From an uncultured Pseudomonadales bacterium (lineage in GTDB: Bacteria; Patescibacteriota; Microgenomatia; UBA1400; CAYNMC01), in assembly GCA_964414895.1 (NCBI GenBank), contig CAYPXO010000001.1, positions 26,999 through 90,998 of the forward strand: 64,000 bases of DNA, given 5' to 3'. Below the pieces are notes generated by a model, which worked only from the letters and a program-made list of their open reading frames with translations, was not told where the DNA came from and made no database searches. This document shows, piece after piece, positions 47,869 through 57,205 of the stretch (position 1 is its first letter; each line of letters opens with the position of its first letter). Position numbers and translations under genes: made by a program.

Positions 47869-48303
47869 TCAGCCTGTAGGCTTTTCATTAACTAAAAAAG
47901 GATTAAAATTGATCTTTAATAAATTTCTAATCGGTACAAAGAGTAGTCTGGGTAAATTTCTCCACTCAAACCAATCCCATCCGATACATTTATCAGGCTC
48001 TTTAATTTTTACTTTACCAGATTTATAGTCTGCTATCACAAAACAAGTAATATAATGCTTACCTTCTTTTTTGAAAATATCATTAGTATAAGGACCTTGT
48101 TTAAGGTTTTTTATCTTTATTCCTGCTTCTTCTAAAACCTCTCTTTTGGCACAACTAAAAACATCTCCATTAAAATCTAGGTGCCCGCCCGGAAAATTCC
48201 AATCACCCTCTCCATGAGAACCCTTTCTCTTGCCCATCAAGACTTTATTATCTTTTATAACAATTACGCCAATGCCTATTCTTGGGTATTTGTTGTTTTT
48301 CAT
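47869..48303 (-). CDS. NUDIX hydrolase (NUDT15-like)
   Basis: PGGHL...CAKREVLEEAG; EPDKC..W.W. Confidence 0.9.
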   Translation of the reverse strand: MKNNKYPRIGIGVIVIKDNKVLMGKRKGSHGEGDWNFPGGHLDFNGDVFSCAKREVLEEAGIKIKNLKQGPYTNDIFKKEGKHYITCFVIADYKSGKVKIKEPDKCIGWDWFEWRNLPRLLFVPIRNLLKINFNPFLVNEKPTG

Positions 48304-48324
48304 TGTTTTATCTCTTGCCAGAAA

Positions 48325-49212
48325 TCATTTTTTGATATTGATTACCATCGTCGCTCCAATAAAAGCCAAAATAGAACCAGCGATAAAACCCAAAGTCAAT
48401 CTTTCTCCCAGCATTAAAGCAGACCAGATAAAAGCAGAAACAGGCTGAAGATAAAAAACCATAGAAACAATAATTGGGTTGGCTTTTTTAATTGCCAGCT
48501 GGTAGACAATATAATAGCCGGCTGTGCCAAGTATCCCCACATAAACTAAGCTTGCCCAGCTGGCGAAAGAAACATTTTTAAGCAAACCCAAATTGCCTTC
48601 AGTTTCTGACAAAGCTAAGAAACTTTGAACAATGAGAGTTGTGGCAATAAAAATAGTTGTCAAGGCCAGCGGAGAAAAGTATTTTTGTAGTTTTTTGGAA
48701 AAAACTGAATACAAAGAATAAGAAAAAACAGCAATAAATACTAAAAGGTTGCCTAAAAGATCGCCGCTAAAAACAAAGCTTTTCCCCAACACAGGCAGAA
48801 GAACAATTAACAAAACTCCAATAAAACCAATAATAACTCCTAAAATTTTTTTTAAACTCATTTTTGTTTTGAGAATAAAATATGAAGTGATAGCAACAAT
48901 AATTGGCACTGCAGCATATAACATTTGGGAAATTGTAGCGGTAGTCTTTCTAACACCTAGGGCAAAAAAAGTAACATTTGAAGTAGCCAATAAAGAAATC
49001 AGAACAGCCAGTTTTATTTTTTTTAAGTTTAACTTTTTTTCTTTGGATAGAAATAAAGGGCCTAAAACTAAGCCGGCCAAAATAAACCTTAAAAATATAA
49101 AGGTAAAAGGAGTTATCTGTTTTAGGGCAATTTTAGAAAATGGAGGAACCCCACCACCGATAAAAGCTGCTAATAAAACTAAAACTATTGATGTAAAAAT
49201 ATCATTTCTCAT
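48325..49212 (-). CDS. DMT/EamA transporter
   Basis: ~10 TMs; FLRF; YLQPV...LGE. Confidence 0.9.
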   Translation of the reverse strand: MRNDIFTSIVLVLLAAFIGGGVPPFSKIALKQITPFTFIFLRFILAGLVLGPLFLSKEKKLNLKKIKLAVLISLLATSNVTFFALGVRKTTATISQMLYAAVPIIVAITSYFILKTKMSLKKILGVIIGFIGVLLIVLLPVLGKSFVFSGDLLGNLLVFIAVFSYSLYSVFSKKLQKYFSPLALTTIFIATTLIVQSFLALSETEGNLGLLKNVSFASWASLVYVGILGTAGYYIVYQLAIKKANPIIVSMVFYLQPVSAFIWSALMLGERLTLGFIAGSILAFIGATMVINIKK

Positions 49213-49314
49213 CTTCTCTTATATTTCATCAGTCATAACATTACGCCTGATTTTATTTTATCCGAGAAATTTAATAAAGACTAGCTATTTTTTCGAATTG
49301 ACTTTTCACAATTC

Positions 49315-49359
49315 TTCAAGTTCATCTTCAAAGCATATGATCGTGAGTCAATCTGGTGA
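49315..49359. repeat. 45-bp exact direct repeat, copy 2
   Basis: Identical to 47037-47081. Confidence 0.9.
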
Positions 49360-49384
49360 GCTAAAGAGAGCAAATTTGTAAAAT

Positions 49385-50032
49385 TTATTGAAGTTTTAAG
49401 ATTCTAAGCTTTATTTTTTTCTTCTCAAGTTTAAACTGAAAAATCACTGGAAAGTCAAAATTATTTTTAATATAAAGATTTTTTTCTTTGCTTTCCTTAC
49501 TTCCTTCTTCATAAGAAATTAAAGTCCCGTATTCTCTTGGCACACCGGGAATAGGGGAGAAGTCGTGATTTCTTTTGGCAATTACTTCCAATCCTGCCTC
49601 ACTAGCCGTCCAGTTCATCAAAGAAGCCAAGTGGCAAACTCCATTACCATGAATTCCATAGGCTTTTTTAAAACCCTGTTCGGCGGAAAATTGGCTGCCA
49701 ACAGTCATAACCAGCCCTTTTTCATACTCTGGCAAAATATTTTTATGAAAAGCAAAAACCGCCCCGGAAGGCAAGACAAAAGAAAAATCATCACTAATCT
49801 TGCCAGCAAAATAGTAAAGGTTCAAAAGAATGTTGTCAGTAAAAATCTCGTTTATTTCTTTATTTTCATCTCTGTTTGTCAAATCAAGGCTGTTTTGAGC
49901 CAAAAATCCTTTCTCTCTATCGGCAACTTGGTTTATAAGCTCGCTTTGAGGAATTGGTGTTAATAAAACCTTCTTCTGAAAAGGGAGACCTGGTAGTAGA
50001 AAAGAAAGCAAAGAAACAACAACTGTTTTCAT
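49385..50032 (-). CDS. VanW family protein
   Basis: GNGVCHLAS...AGLEV..RNH...NL...N motif. Confidence 0.75.
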   Translation of the reverse strand: MKTVVVSLLSFLLPGLPFQKKVLLTPIPQSELINQVADREKGFLAQNSLDLTNRDENKEINEIFTDNILLNLYYFAGKISDDFSFVLPSGAVFAFHKNILPEYEKGLVMTVGSQFSAEQGFKKAYGIHGNGVCHLASLMNWTASEAGLEVIAKRNHDFSPIPGVPREYGTLISYEEGSKESKEKNLYIKNNFDFPVIFQFKLEKKKIKLRILKLQ

Positions 50033-50183
50033 TTTAAAAATTAAAAACCTCTGTTTTTAACCAGAGGCAGGCTTTTTATTCTTCTCCTATTTTCTCAAAT
50101 CATTCCCTAATTTTCAATCCCTGCTTGCTTTTATATCTACTCTAATAAGCCTACGATCGTGGGTCAATCAGAGTAACTTAAAT

Positions 50184-51662
50184 TCACTCGGGAGTAAAAC
50201 GGTAAACACCAAAATAACTTTCTTTCTCTGGTTTGTAGAATCGTGCCTTTTCTATAAGACAATCTTCTAGGCCTCCTTTATGCTCACTGCGGCTGACAAA
50301 ATAAACCGGCTTTTTAAAAGAAAATTCTTCTATCTTTCCTTTTAATAGCTGTTTATCCAAATAAACTACTTTGATTCTTGGATTTTCAAAATAATAAGCA
50401 AAAAGAGCATTCTCTGGATTGCCAGCATCCAAACGAACGCCCAGGACGATAGGTTGTTTCTCTGCTTTTTCTTCCAAAAATTGTCTCACTTTGTCCAAGC
50501 CATAACCGGCAGTGTTCCCGGTAACATACTCCTTTTTTTGAGAAAAGGCAGGGATAAAGTTGTTCAACAAGCTAAAGTAGGCAAGAGGCTTGAAAATCAA
50601 TAAAAAAGTCACATATAAAGGAAAAAATAGTGCAAACAGTCCAAAAAAGCCAAGAAATTTTTGCTTTATAAAAAGAAAGGCGACTGCCAAAGCAGCTAAA
50701 ATTGAAGTCAGTGGTAAAAGAGGCATTATATAACGAGGATTAAGATTCCTAGCAGTTAATATTGTTATTGCCAAACTCCCAAAAAACCAAAATAAAAACA
50801 GATAATATCTTTCCTTAATTGCCTTAATTAAGCCAAGAATTATCAATAAAAAAACTGCTGGTGTTAGCTGCCAAAAACTTATTTTTAAAAAAGCTGAAAT
50901 ATTGCCCCACCATTTATCAAAAGGAAAAAAAAGCAATTCTTTAATGGTCAAATTAAAACGATTGCTCATTTTAATAATATTAAGAAAGTCAGGCTGGATA
51001 ATAAGAGGCAAAATAAAAAAGAAAGTAAAAAATAAAATCAAAGCCAGTGCCCAAAAATAATTTTGTTTTTCTTTAATTTTTCTCTCTTTCAGAAGAAAAA
51101 AACCCAAACTAACAACTGTTAATAAAAAAAAGATAAATGTGTTTGATTTAATAAAAAGACCAATTCCTAAAATACTACCAATAAAAAAAGAGATAACTAA
51201 ACTTCTTCTTTTAAAATAAAGGCTTAAAAGATAAAAACTCCAAATATTAACAGAACAAACAGCACTCTCCATTAAGGCCTGTCGATCAAAAAAGACAAAA
51301 ATTGGCACGATAATATAAATAAGCGGTGCAATTAGTAAAAAAGGCCAAGGTAAAAAAAGAGCACTTAATAAATATATCCCTAATACCCCTAATCCTCCTA
51401 AGGCCACTGACACCAATCTCCCGGCAAGCAAAGGATCAGGAATTATTTTATTTGTAATTCCAAAAACCCACATCAAAAAAGGCTGCTTACCGTCATAAAG
51501 GGAATAAAAAGCAAAACCAGGAATATTAATCATCCGCTGCCCCCAATCAAGGTAAATCGCTTCGTCATTAAAAATCGGCAGTAAGGTAAGGTTAACAACT
51601 CGTACAAATAAAAAAAGAAAAAAGACTAAAAGAAGCAAAAGAAACTTTTTATTGCTTATCAT
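50184..51662 (-). CDS. GT-C (ArnT/PMT-like) glycosyltransferase
   Basis: IFNDEAIY; KQP; multi-TM; PRY motif. Confidence 0.85.
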   Translation of the reverse strand: MISNKKFLLLLLVFFLFLFVRVVNLTLLPIFNDEAIYLDWGQRMINIPGFAFYSLYDGKQPFLMWVFGITNKIIPDPLLAGRLVSVALGGLGVLGIYLLSALFLPWPFLLIAPLIYIIVPIFVFFDRQALMESAVCSVNIWSFYLLSLYFKRRSLVISFFIGSILGIGLFIKSNTFIFFLLTVVSLGFFLLKERKIKEKQNYFWALALILFFTFFFILPLIIQPDFLNIIKMSNRFNLTIKELLFFPFDKWWGNISAFLKISFWQLTPAVFLLIILGLIKAIKERYYLFLFWFFGSLAITILTARNLNPRYIMPLLPLTSILAALAVAFLFIKQKFLGFFGLFALFFPLYVTFLLIFKPLAYFSLLNNFIPAFSQKKEYVTGNTAGYGLDKVRQFLEEKAEKQPIVLGVRLDAGNPENALFAYYFENPRIKVVYLDKQLLKGKIEEFSFKKPVYFVSRSEHKGGLEDCLIEKARFYKPEKESYFGVYRFTPE

Positions 51663-51809
51663 CAGTTTCTACGAGGAAAAAGCATCTTTATACCACTTGT
51701 TAAAAAAGCAATCACAAAGCGGAAAAGATCTCCTGCTTTTCTGCCTAAAAACTGCAAAAAATCTTCCCCAAAATAGCGCAAATGACGCTGTTCTTCTTCT
51801 CCCAGCATT

Positions 51810-52028
51810 TTATTTTATCTTAGCAGAATCTGTTGATTCTAACCTTTCTTTTTCTAATTCTTGAATCTCATTTTTCAATCTTTCTATTTCTTCTTTCATC
51901 TCCTTAGTTTTTCTAAGATGCCAACCATAGCCCCACAAACTATAAATAGCCAAAAAAAGGGCGCACAAAAAAATAATCAGCCAAGCAATCGAGCTATTAT
52001 TCCTCCTTTTCATATCCAACTTTATCAT
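51810..52028 (-). CDS. Small TM plus coiled-coil protein (FtsB/DivIC-like)
   Basis: TM followed by a heptad-repeat coil. Confidence 0.45.
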   Translation of the reverse strand: MIKLDMKRRNNSSIAWLIIFLCALFLAIYSLWGYGWHLRKTKEMKEEIERLKNEIQELEKERLESTDSAKIK

Positions 52029-52046
52029 ATCATAAAAAAGGAGAAA

Positions 52047-52865
52047 TCAGCTGGAGGCAGAGGAATATTTGGTCAAAGAAAAGCGCCATAGTTTTAAAGA
52101 GAGAAAAAATAGTGTTATTGAAATAAAAAAAGCGTAAATCAACCATTGCCAAGACAAAAGTCCCATCAAGGCCTTAGCAGGAAAAGTAAAAACAACCCCA
52201 ATAGGAACAACAAAAGTCAAAAAAGCCCTTACCGAGTCAATATAAATATCAACCGGCACCCGAGCCATCAAAGATAAATCTCTGTAGATCAAAATCGCAT
52301 GATCAACTTCTGTAGTAATCACCCCAATTGAAGCAACTAGAATATGAACAGCCGTAACAATCAAAAAACCACAAAATGTTATCAAGAGAAATAAAAGAAA
52401 GTTTATAAGTGAAATAGCCATATTTTGTTTAATTAACGCCCAAATAATAACCATCAACAGGGGTAAATCTAAGATATCAGTTCTATTAGTCAAAATTTGA
52501 AAAAGAGGACTGAGTGGTTTAACCAAAGCCAGGTCAAATTTACCGGAAACAACATCTCCTCTAAACCAATAAATTCCCCGGAAAAAAAGCTGACCCAAAA
52601 TATCCAAAAGATTAAAAACCAAAAAGAAAACTATCATCTGTTCCAAATTATAGCCAGCTAGGCTCTTTGTTTTTCCCAAAACAACCAAAAGTAAAACCAG
52701 AAAAAAGGCAAAGCGAATAAATTTGCCAAGAAGGTACATTAATGAGGCTCCTTGAGTAAATAAAGGCGTCTGGATTGACAGAATGGTAGTCTTTAGCCAA
52801 ACTTTTAAGTATTTCTTAATATTCATATCCCAGCCGCAGTATAGGATTTTAGTCCTCTCCGCCAA
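52047..52865 (-). CDS. ABC-2 family permease
   Basis: G.FD..L.KP..P motif; likely start MNIKKY. Confidence 0.85.
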   Translation of the reverse strand: MAERTKILYCGWDMNIKKYLKVWLKTTILSIQTPLFTQGASLMYLLGKFIRFAFFLVLLLVVLGKTKSLAGYNLEQMIVFFLVFNLLDILGQLFFRGIYWFRGDVVSGKFDLALVKPLSPLFQILTNRTDILDLPLLMVIIWALIKQNMAISLINFLLFLLITFCGFLIVTAVHILVASIGVITTEVDHAILIYRDLSLMARVPVDIYIDSVRAFLTFVVPIGVVFTFPAKALMGLLSWQWLIYAFFISITLFFLSLKLWRFSLTKYSSASS

Positions 52866-53665
52866 AGTAAATTAACCAAAAACTTAAGAATAAAAATCCA
52901 AAGAGCCATCACAGTAAAACCGGTAATAATCCCCGTTCTATCTACTCTTCCTAAATAAACTTGCAAGGGAAAGAAAATAAAATAAGAAGAGGGTAAAAAT
53001 CTCAAAAAATTAAAAACTAGTCTTGGCAGGATATCCAAAGGCAATAGGCCTCCAGAGAAAAACCTGAGAAGGACTGTAAATAAAAACCTGGCCGGCCAGC
53101 CGTTATGTTCCGGATACCAAAAAGTAGTTAAACTTATAATTAGGCTTAAATAAAAATAGACAAAGATGCTCAAAATAGAAAAACCAATAAAACCAAAAAG
53201 ATAAAAAAGGTTTGTTTGGAGAAAAAAAGGTGGCTTCAACAGCCAAAAAATCAAAGCTAACTCAAAAATAAGAAAGACCAAATTAAGTAACTTGTCCGAA
53301 AAGTCTCGACTAAGCCAATAAAAAAAATAATTAATCGGTTTTAATAAACAATTGCTTAACTTGCCGGTGCTAATCTCGCCGGCAACATCAATGCTACGGG
53401 AGCCTAAAACCAAAGAATGAAGGAGTGAACTAGCTAAAATATAGGTCAACATCATTTCCTCATCATAGCCACCAATATTTTGATTAAAACGATAGACGGC
53501 ATACCAAAAAAAGTAAGCACTTAATCTTAAAATTACTGTTCTTATTCGCCAAACAACAAAGTTAAAACGATAAACAAGGCTCTCTTGCCAAGAAATTTTG
53601 AAAATTTGGAAGTATTTTTTAAGCATAATCTTTGCCGGTAAAGAGCTCGCGGATGATATTTTCAA
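52823..53665 (-). CDS. ABC-2 family permease
   Basis: YRFN; I.TGKLS..LLKP; SGGLLPLD. Confidence 0.85.
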   Translation of the reverse strand: MKISSASSLPAKIMLKKYFQIFKISWQESLVYRFNFVVWRIRTVILRLSAYFFWYAVYRFNQNIGGYDEEMMLTYILASSLLHSLVLGSRSIDVAGEISTGKLSNCLLKPINYFFYWLSRDFSDKLLNLVFLIFELALIFWLLKPPFFLQTNLFYLFGFIGFSILSIFVYFYLSLIISLTTFWYPEHNGWPARFLFTVLLRFFSGGLLPLDILPRLVFNFLRFLPSSYFIFFPLQVYLGRVDRTGIITGFTVMALWIFILKFLVNLLWRRGLKSYTAAGI

Positions 53666-54602
53666 TCGAAGCCTCAGAAATGTTTAAATCTTTAACTGAA
53701 TAAGAGTGCAAAAGCTTGGCAGCTATCTTATTGGACTCTTCCTTTTTTACCTTTAAAACTACCCGAGGAAAATCAAACTCAACCACCTCGCCCATCTCTG
53801 CCAATCTTCGCAAGTTGATTTCCTTTCCTAAGGTTATTTCCAAGAGCTTGTGGTCAGCATATCTTTCTATCACTTCAGTAAGCTGGCCATCAAAAACAAT
53901 TTTCCCCTTGTCAATAATAATCACTCTCTTGCAAAGCTCTTGAACATCTCCCATATAGTGAGAAGTCAAAATTATTGTTGACTTAAATTCTTTATTATAA
54001 TTTTTGATAAAATCCCTGATTTTTTTTTGCATGACCACATCTAATCCAATCGTCGGTTCATCCAAAAACAAAACTTTAGGGGAGTGAAGTAGGGCAGCAA
54101 TCAGTTCACATTTCATCCTCTGGCCAAGCGACAGTTTTCTTACCTGAACATTGATAATTTTTTCTATTTCCAAAAGAGCAACCAACTTATCCAAAGTTTC
54201 CCTAAACTTTTCATCCGGAATTTCATAGATCTCCTTGTTAAGAAGAAAAGTTTCCATTGCCGGTAAATCCCACCAAAGCTGGTTTTTTTGCCCCATTACA
54301 AGAGAAATCTGCTTAAGAAAGTCATGTTTTCTCTTCCAAGGATCAAAACCCAAAACAGATAGCTTTCCCCCATCAGAGTAGAGAAGTCCGGAAAGGCATT
54401 TTAAAGTAGTTGTCTTACCCGCCCCATTAGGTCCGATAAAACCAACAAGTTCCCCTTTCTTTATGGAAAAAGAGACTCTGTCAACCGCTTTAACTTCCTC
54501 ATATTCTCTTTTAAACAAAGACTTAAGAGAACCCACCAAGCCTGGTTCTTTTTTATGAACTTTGTAGTATTTCTTTAAATTTTTAACGTTAATGACGCTC
54601 AT
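53619..54602 (-). CDS. ABC transporter ATP-binding protein
   Basis: GPNGAGKTT; LSLGQ; LFLDEPT; TSH. Confidence 0.95.
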   Translation of the reverse strand: MSVINVKNLKKYYKVHKKEPGLVGSLKSLFKREYEEVKAVDRVSFSIKKGELVGFIGPNGAGKTTTLKCLSGLLYSDGGKLSVLGFDPWKRKHDFLKQISLVMGQKNQLWWDLPAMETFLLNKEIYEIPDEKFRETLDKLVALLEIEKIINVQVRKLSLGQRMKCELIAALLHSPKVLFLDEPTIGLDVVMQKKIRDFIKNYNKEFKSTIILTSHYMGDVQELCKRVIIIDKGKIVFDGQLTEVIERYADHKLLEITLGKEINLRRLAEMGEVVEFDFPRVVLKVKKEESNKIAAKLLHSYSVKDLNISEASIENIIRELFTGKDYA

Positions 54603-54955
54603 TAATGAATAATATTATAAATCTTCCATCCTTCAACACTATTTACTAAATGATAAATCAATAAAGCAGAGTGGGATTTTTTCCCTTTAAAGAAGTAGGT
54701 TTCTTTAGAAACCACAACAGTAGCTAATTTATCTTCACTACGAAAATCGATTGCCAAAATTTTCGTTTCCAGCTTATCAATCGAAAGATAACCATGCGAG
54801 GAAGAACCAGCAATTTCATCAATCTGAGTGGAAAGAAAAAGTTTTCTATCCTTTTGCTTTACTGCTCTTTCTCTCAATAAAAATATCTCCTTTATCTCCC
54901 TATTTACCCTCATTCTCTCAAGTATACTATAATCAAAGTTATAATTCACTCCCAT
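54602..54955 (-). CDS. Hypothetical protein (NTF2-like fold possible)
   Basis: Ends in GWKI; stop overlaps the ATPase start. Confidence 0.55.
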   Translation of the reverse strand: MGVNYNFDYSILERMRVNREIKEIFLLRERAVKQKDRKLFLSTQIDEIAGSSSHGYLSIDKLETKILAIDFRSEDKLATVVVSKETYFFKGKKSHSALLIYHLVNSVEGWKIYNIIH

Positions 54956-55039
54956 AACACTCCTTATAACAACAATTTTCGAAGAAACGTAAAAAAAAAT
55001 TATTACTCAATGTGGCGATCGCAGCACGAAATAATAATT

Positions 55040-55828
55040 TTATGAGGAGGCGCTGGAGTAATGCTTGAGATTAAACTGCCAGACCTTATGGGAAAGAAAA
55101 AGCAAGAAAAGGGATATAAAAATTCCGTAAAAAACCGTTGGCCAAGAAATCAAACCCAATAAAGTCTTAACCGGAATAGTAATAACAAAAGCTAAAGGAA
55201 ACACAAAAAAGAAAAAGTGTTTTAAAATTGGCGGCAGGATATCTAAAGGAATTACTGTCAAACGCAGAATTGGATGGAAAAATTCATAGATATTTGATAT
55301 ATTGCCGAGCCAAAAAACCAAATTAAGGCTCATAAACCACAAAGAATAAACAATGACAATAGAAAAAACAAGCATTGCTAAAAAAAGAGCAAAATTTAAA
55401 AAACTAATTTCTATCTTTGAGCTAGTTGCTACTACGAGCAAGACCGAACAACCCATCAAGAAACGTAAAAGAGTATGCCAAGAAAATTCCCTTAAAGAAA
55501 CATAAAATTGAGAAGAAAGTGGCTTGACTAAGACTAAATCTAGCTCTCCGTAATAAACCAAGCTAGCGAGCTTTTTGAAATTGTGACTGAAAAAAACTTT
55601 GGTTAAAGAGTTAATTACCAAAAAGGTAGCAGCCAAAACAAGAAGCTCCTCATAGTGCCAATTACCCACTCTTTGGATGTGACCAAAAATGAATTTGTAT
55701 AATAAAAGATACACTAATCCCCATAAAAAATTAATAAAAGATATAAGGAAAAAGTTGAAGCGATATTGACCTTCTCTTATCAAAGAGTTTTTTATAAAAG
55801 AAAGGTAAAGTTTAAAATATCTTTTCAT
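55040..55828 (-). CDS. ABC-2 family permease
   Basis: YRFNF; GELD..LVKP. Confidence 0.85.
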   Translation of the reverse strand: MKRYFKLYLSFIKNSLIREGQYRFNFFLISFINFLWGLVYLLLYKFIFGHIQRVGNWHYEELLVLAATFLVINSLTKVFFSHNFKKLASLVYYGELDLVLVKPLSSQFYVSLREFSWHTLLRFLMGCSVLLVVATSSKIEISFLNFALFLAMLVFSIVIVYSLWFMSLNLVFWLGNISNIYEFFHPILRLTVIPLDILPPILKHFFFFVFPLAFVITIPVKTLLGLISWPTVFYGIFISLFLLFLSHKVWQFNLKHYSSASS

Positions 55829-55839
55829 CGTCTCTTATA

Positions 55840-55935
55840 CTTCGAGCGGGTCTCGAGTTGTGTCGAGAGAGAAGTCGAGAAGCTTGCCTCAGATTTATCG
55901 AAGAGTTCTCGACTCACTGCGTTCGCTCGAACAAT
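55840..55935. repeat. TCGA-rich palindromic REP-like element
   Basis: TTCGAGCG...TCGAGAA...TTCTCGAC...CGCTCGAA nested inverted repeats between permease genes. Confidence 0.6.
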
Positions 55936-55974
55936 AAAAAACTTACCTCACTCACTCGTCAATTTGTTCCTATT

Positions 55975-56775
55975 TTATCCTCCATAAGTTGAATAAACTT
56001 TCAAACCTCTTCGCCACAAACTCCTGGTTAAGAACAAAAAAATTACAATCCAAAAAAACTGTATTGAAAAAGTCAGTAAAATCTCTCTAACTCCAAGATT
56101 TCCCAAAAAAATCTGTGTAGGAACAAAAACTTCAAAACGAAAAGGCAGAAACAAAGAAATCTTATAAAGACTTTCTGGTAAAAACTGCAGAGGAAAAAGC
56201 GTCCCTCCAAAAAGTAAAAGCAAAAAATCTGTCAGATTATTCAACCAACCAATCTCATTAAACCAGAAAGCAGACAGGCCAATGATAAGCTTAAACAAAA
56301 AAAATAAAATAAAGCTAAAGCTTATAAAAATAAAAAATAAGGATATATCTCTCCAAGAAAAATTTAAACTACCCAAAGAAACAGGGTAAAAAAGCAAAAA
56401 AAGGCCAATTACAGGAAATAGGAAAATTAAACGTAAAATTTTATAGGCTAGCTCATATATAAATCTTAAAAACAAAACTCTGGCTGGTCTCATTAAGTAA
56501 AAAGAGCTCAATTTACCAGTAGAAATATCAACTTGCAAAGCATGATCAGGATGGGTAAAAACAACGGCACGAATAAACATCACCAAAAGATAATAAACAA
56601 ACATCGAAGAGATGCTATAACCAGCAATCTTCTCTTGCCTAGCAAAAGCCGCCTGCCAGAAAAGAAGCATAATAGTCGGCGGAACAACATCCCAAAAAAA
56701 CCAAATAACACTTCTTGCCCTATAGGCAAAAACTAGCTGGAGTATGGTTTTAAAAAAGGCCCAATACTTTCTCAC
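55975..56775 (-). CDS. ABC-2 family permease
   Basis: AYRA; DISTGKLS..L.RP; GG..FPL. Confidence 0.85.
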   Translation of the reverse strand: MRKYWAFFKTILQLVFAYRARSVIWFFWDVVPPTIMLLFWQAAFARQEKIAGYSISSMFVYYLLVMFIRAVVFTHPDHALQVDISTGKLSSFYLMRPARVLFLRFIYELAYKILRLIFLFPVIGLFLLFYPVSLGSLNFSWRDISLFFIFISFSFILFFLFKLIIGLSAFWFNEIGWLNNLTDFLLLLFGGTLFPLQFLPESLYKISLFLPFRFEVFVPTQIFLGNLGVREILLTFSIQFFWIVIFLFLTRSLWRRGLKVYSTYGG

Positions 56776-57051
56776 TTAGCGAACTTTCTTTTTTAAATTC
56801 TTAGAAACTATAAAACGGACCGCCCGGTGGGCTTTGTGGACTACTGGTGTTGGGTCATCAACGCTTTTCCTTCCTTTTTTGTCGGCCACCTTTTTAACAA
56901 CAAAAGTTCCGAAACCGGAAAGAACGACTTTCTCTCCTTTCCTTAAAGCTTTTCTAATTTCCTCAAGCATCACCTCAACTGCTTCTTTAGAAGCCTTTTT
57001 GGTTAAGTGAGCCTTCTTGGCTACAATCTCAATCAAATCTGATTTTTTCAC
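56776..57051 (-). CDS. hup: HU family DNA-binding protein
   Basis: KSDLIE.VA; GEKVVLSGFGTF. Confidence 0.9.
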   Translation of the reverse strand: MKKSDLIEIVAKKAHLTKKASKEAVEVMLEEIRKALRKGEKVVLSGFGTFVVKKVADKKGRKSVDDPTPVVHKAHRAVRFIVSKNLKKKVR

Positions 57052-57057
57052 TCTAGT

Positions 57058-57109
57058 TTCACCTCCTTCCTTGCCCGCCTGAATTTCTGGCAGTCCGCCT
57101 CTGGCGGAT
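57058..57109. repeat. 52-bp dispersed repeat carrying an SD (copy 2)
   Basis: Matches 41727-41778. Confidence 0.85.
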
Positions 57110-57205
57110 CAAATTTCTCAGCGTTACTCACCTCTCATTCGTTTCCAAATACCACTTCTGTAACCCTGAAGCACAAAACTTCACTGAGATACTGAAAAAT
57201 TAATT

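Noticed and set aside
47037-49359. Classical integron attC array or IS composite transposon
   Set aside because: No RYYYAAC/GTTRRRY palindromic attC structure, no IntI or transposase, and no terminal inverted repeats.
39148-50032. Antibiotic-resistance island (beta-lactamase-like plus VanW)
   Set aside because: Both families are widespread envelope proteins, unlinked here and with no van cluster; resistance cannot be inferred.
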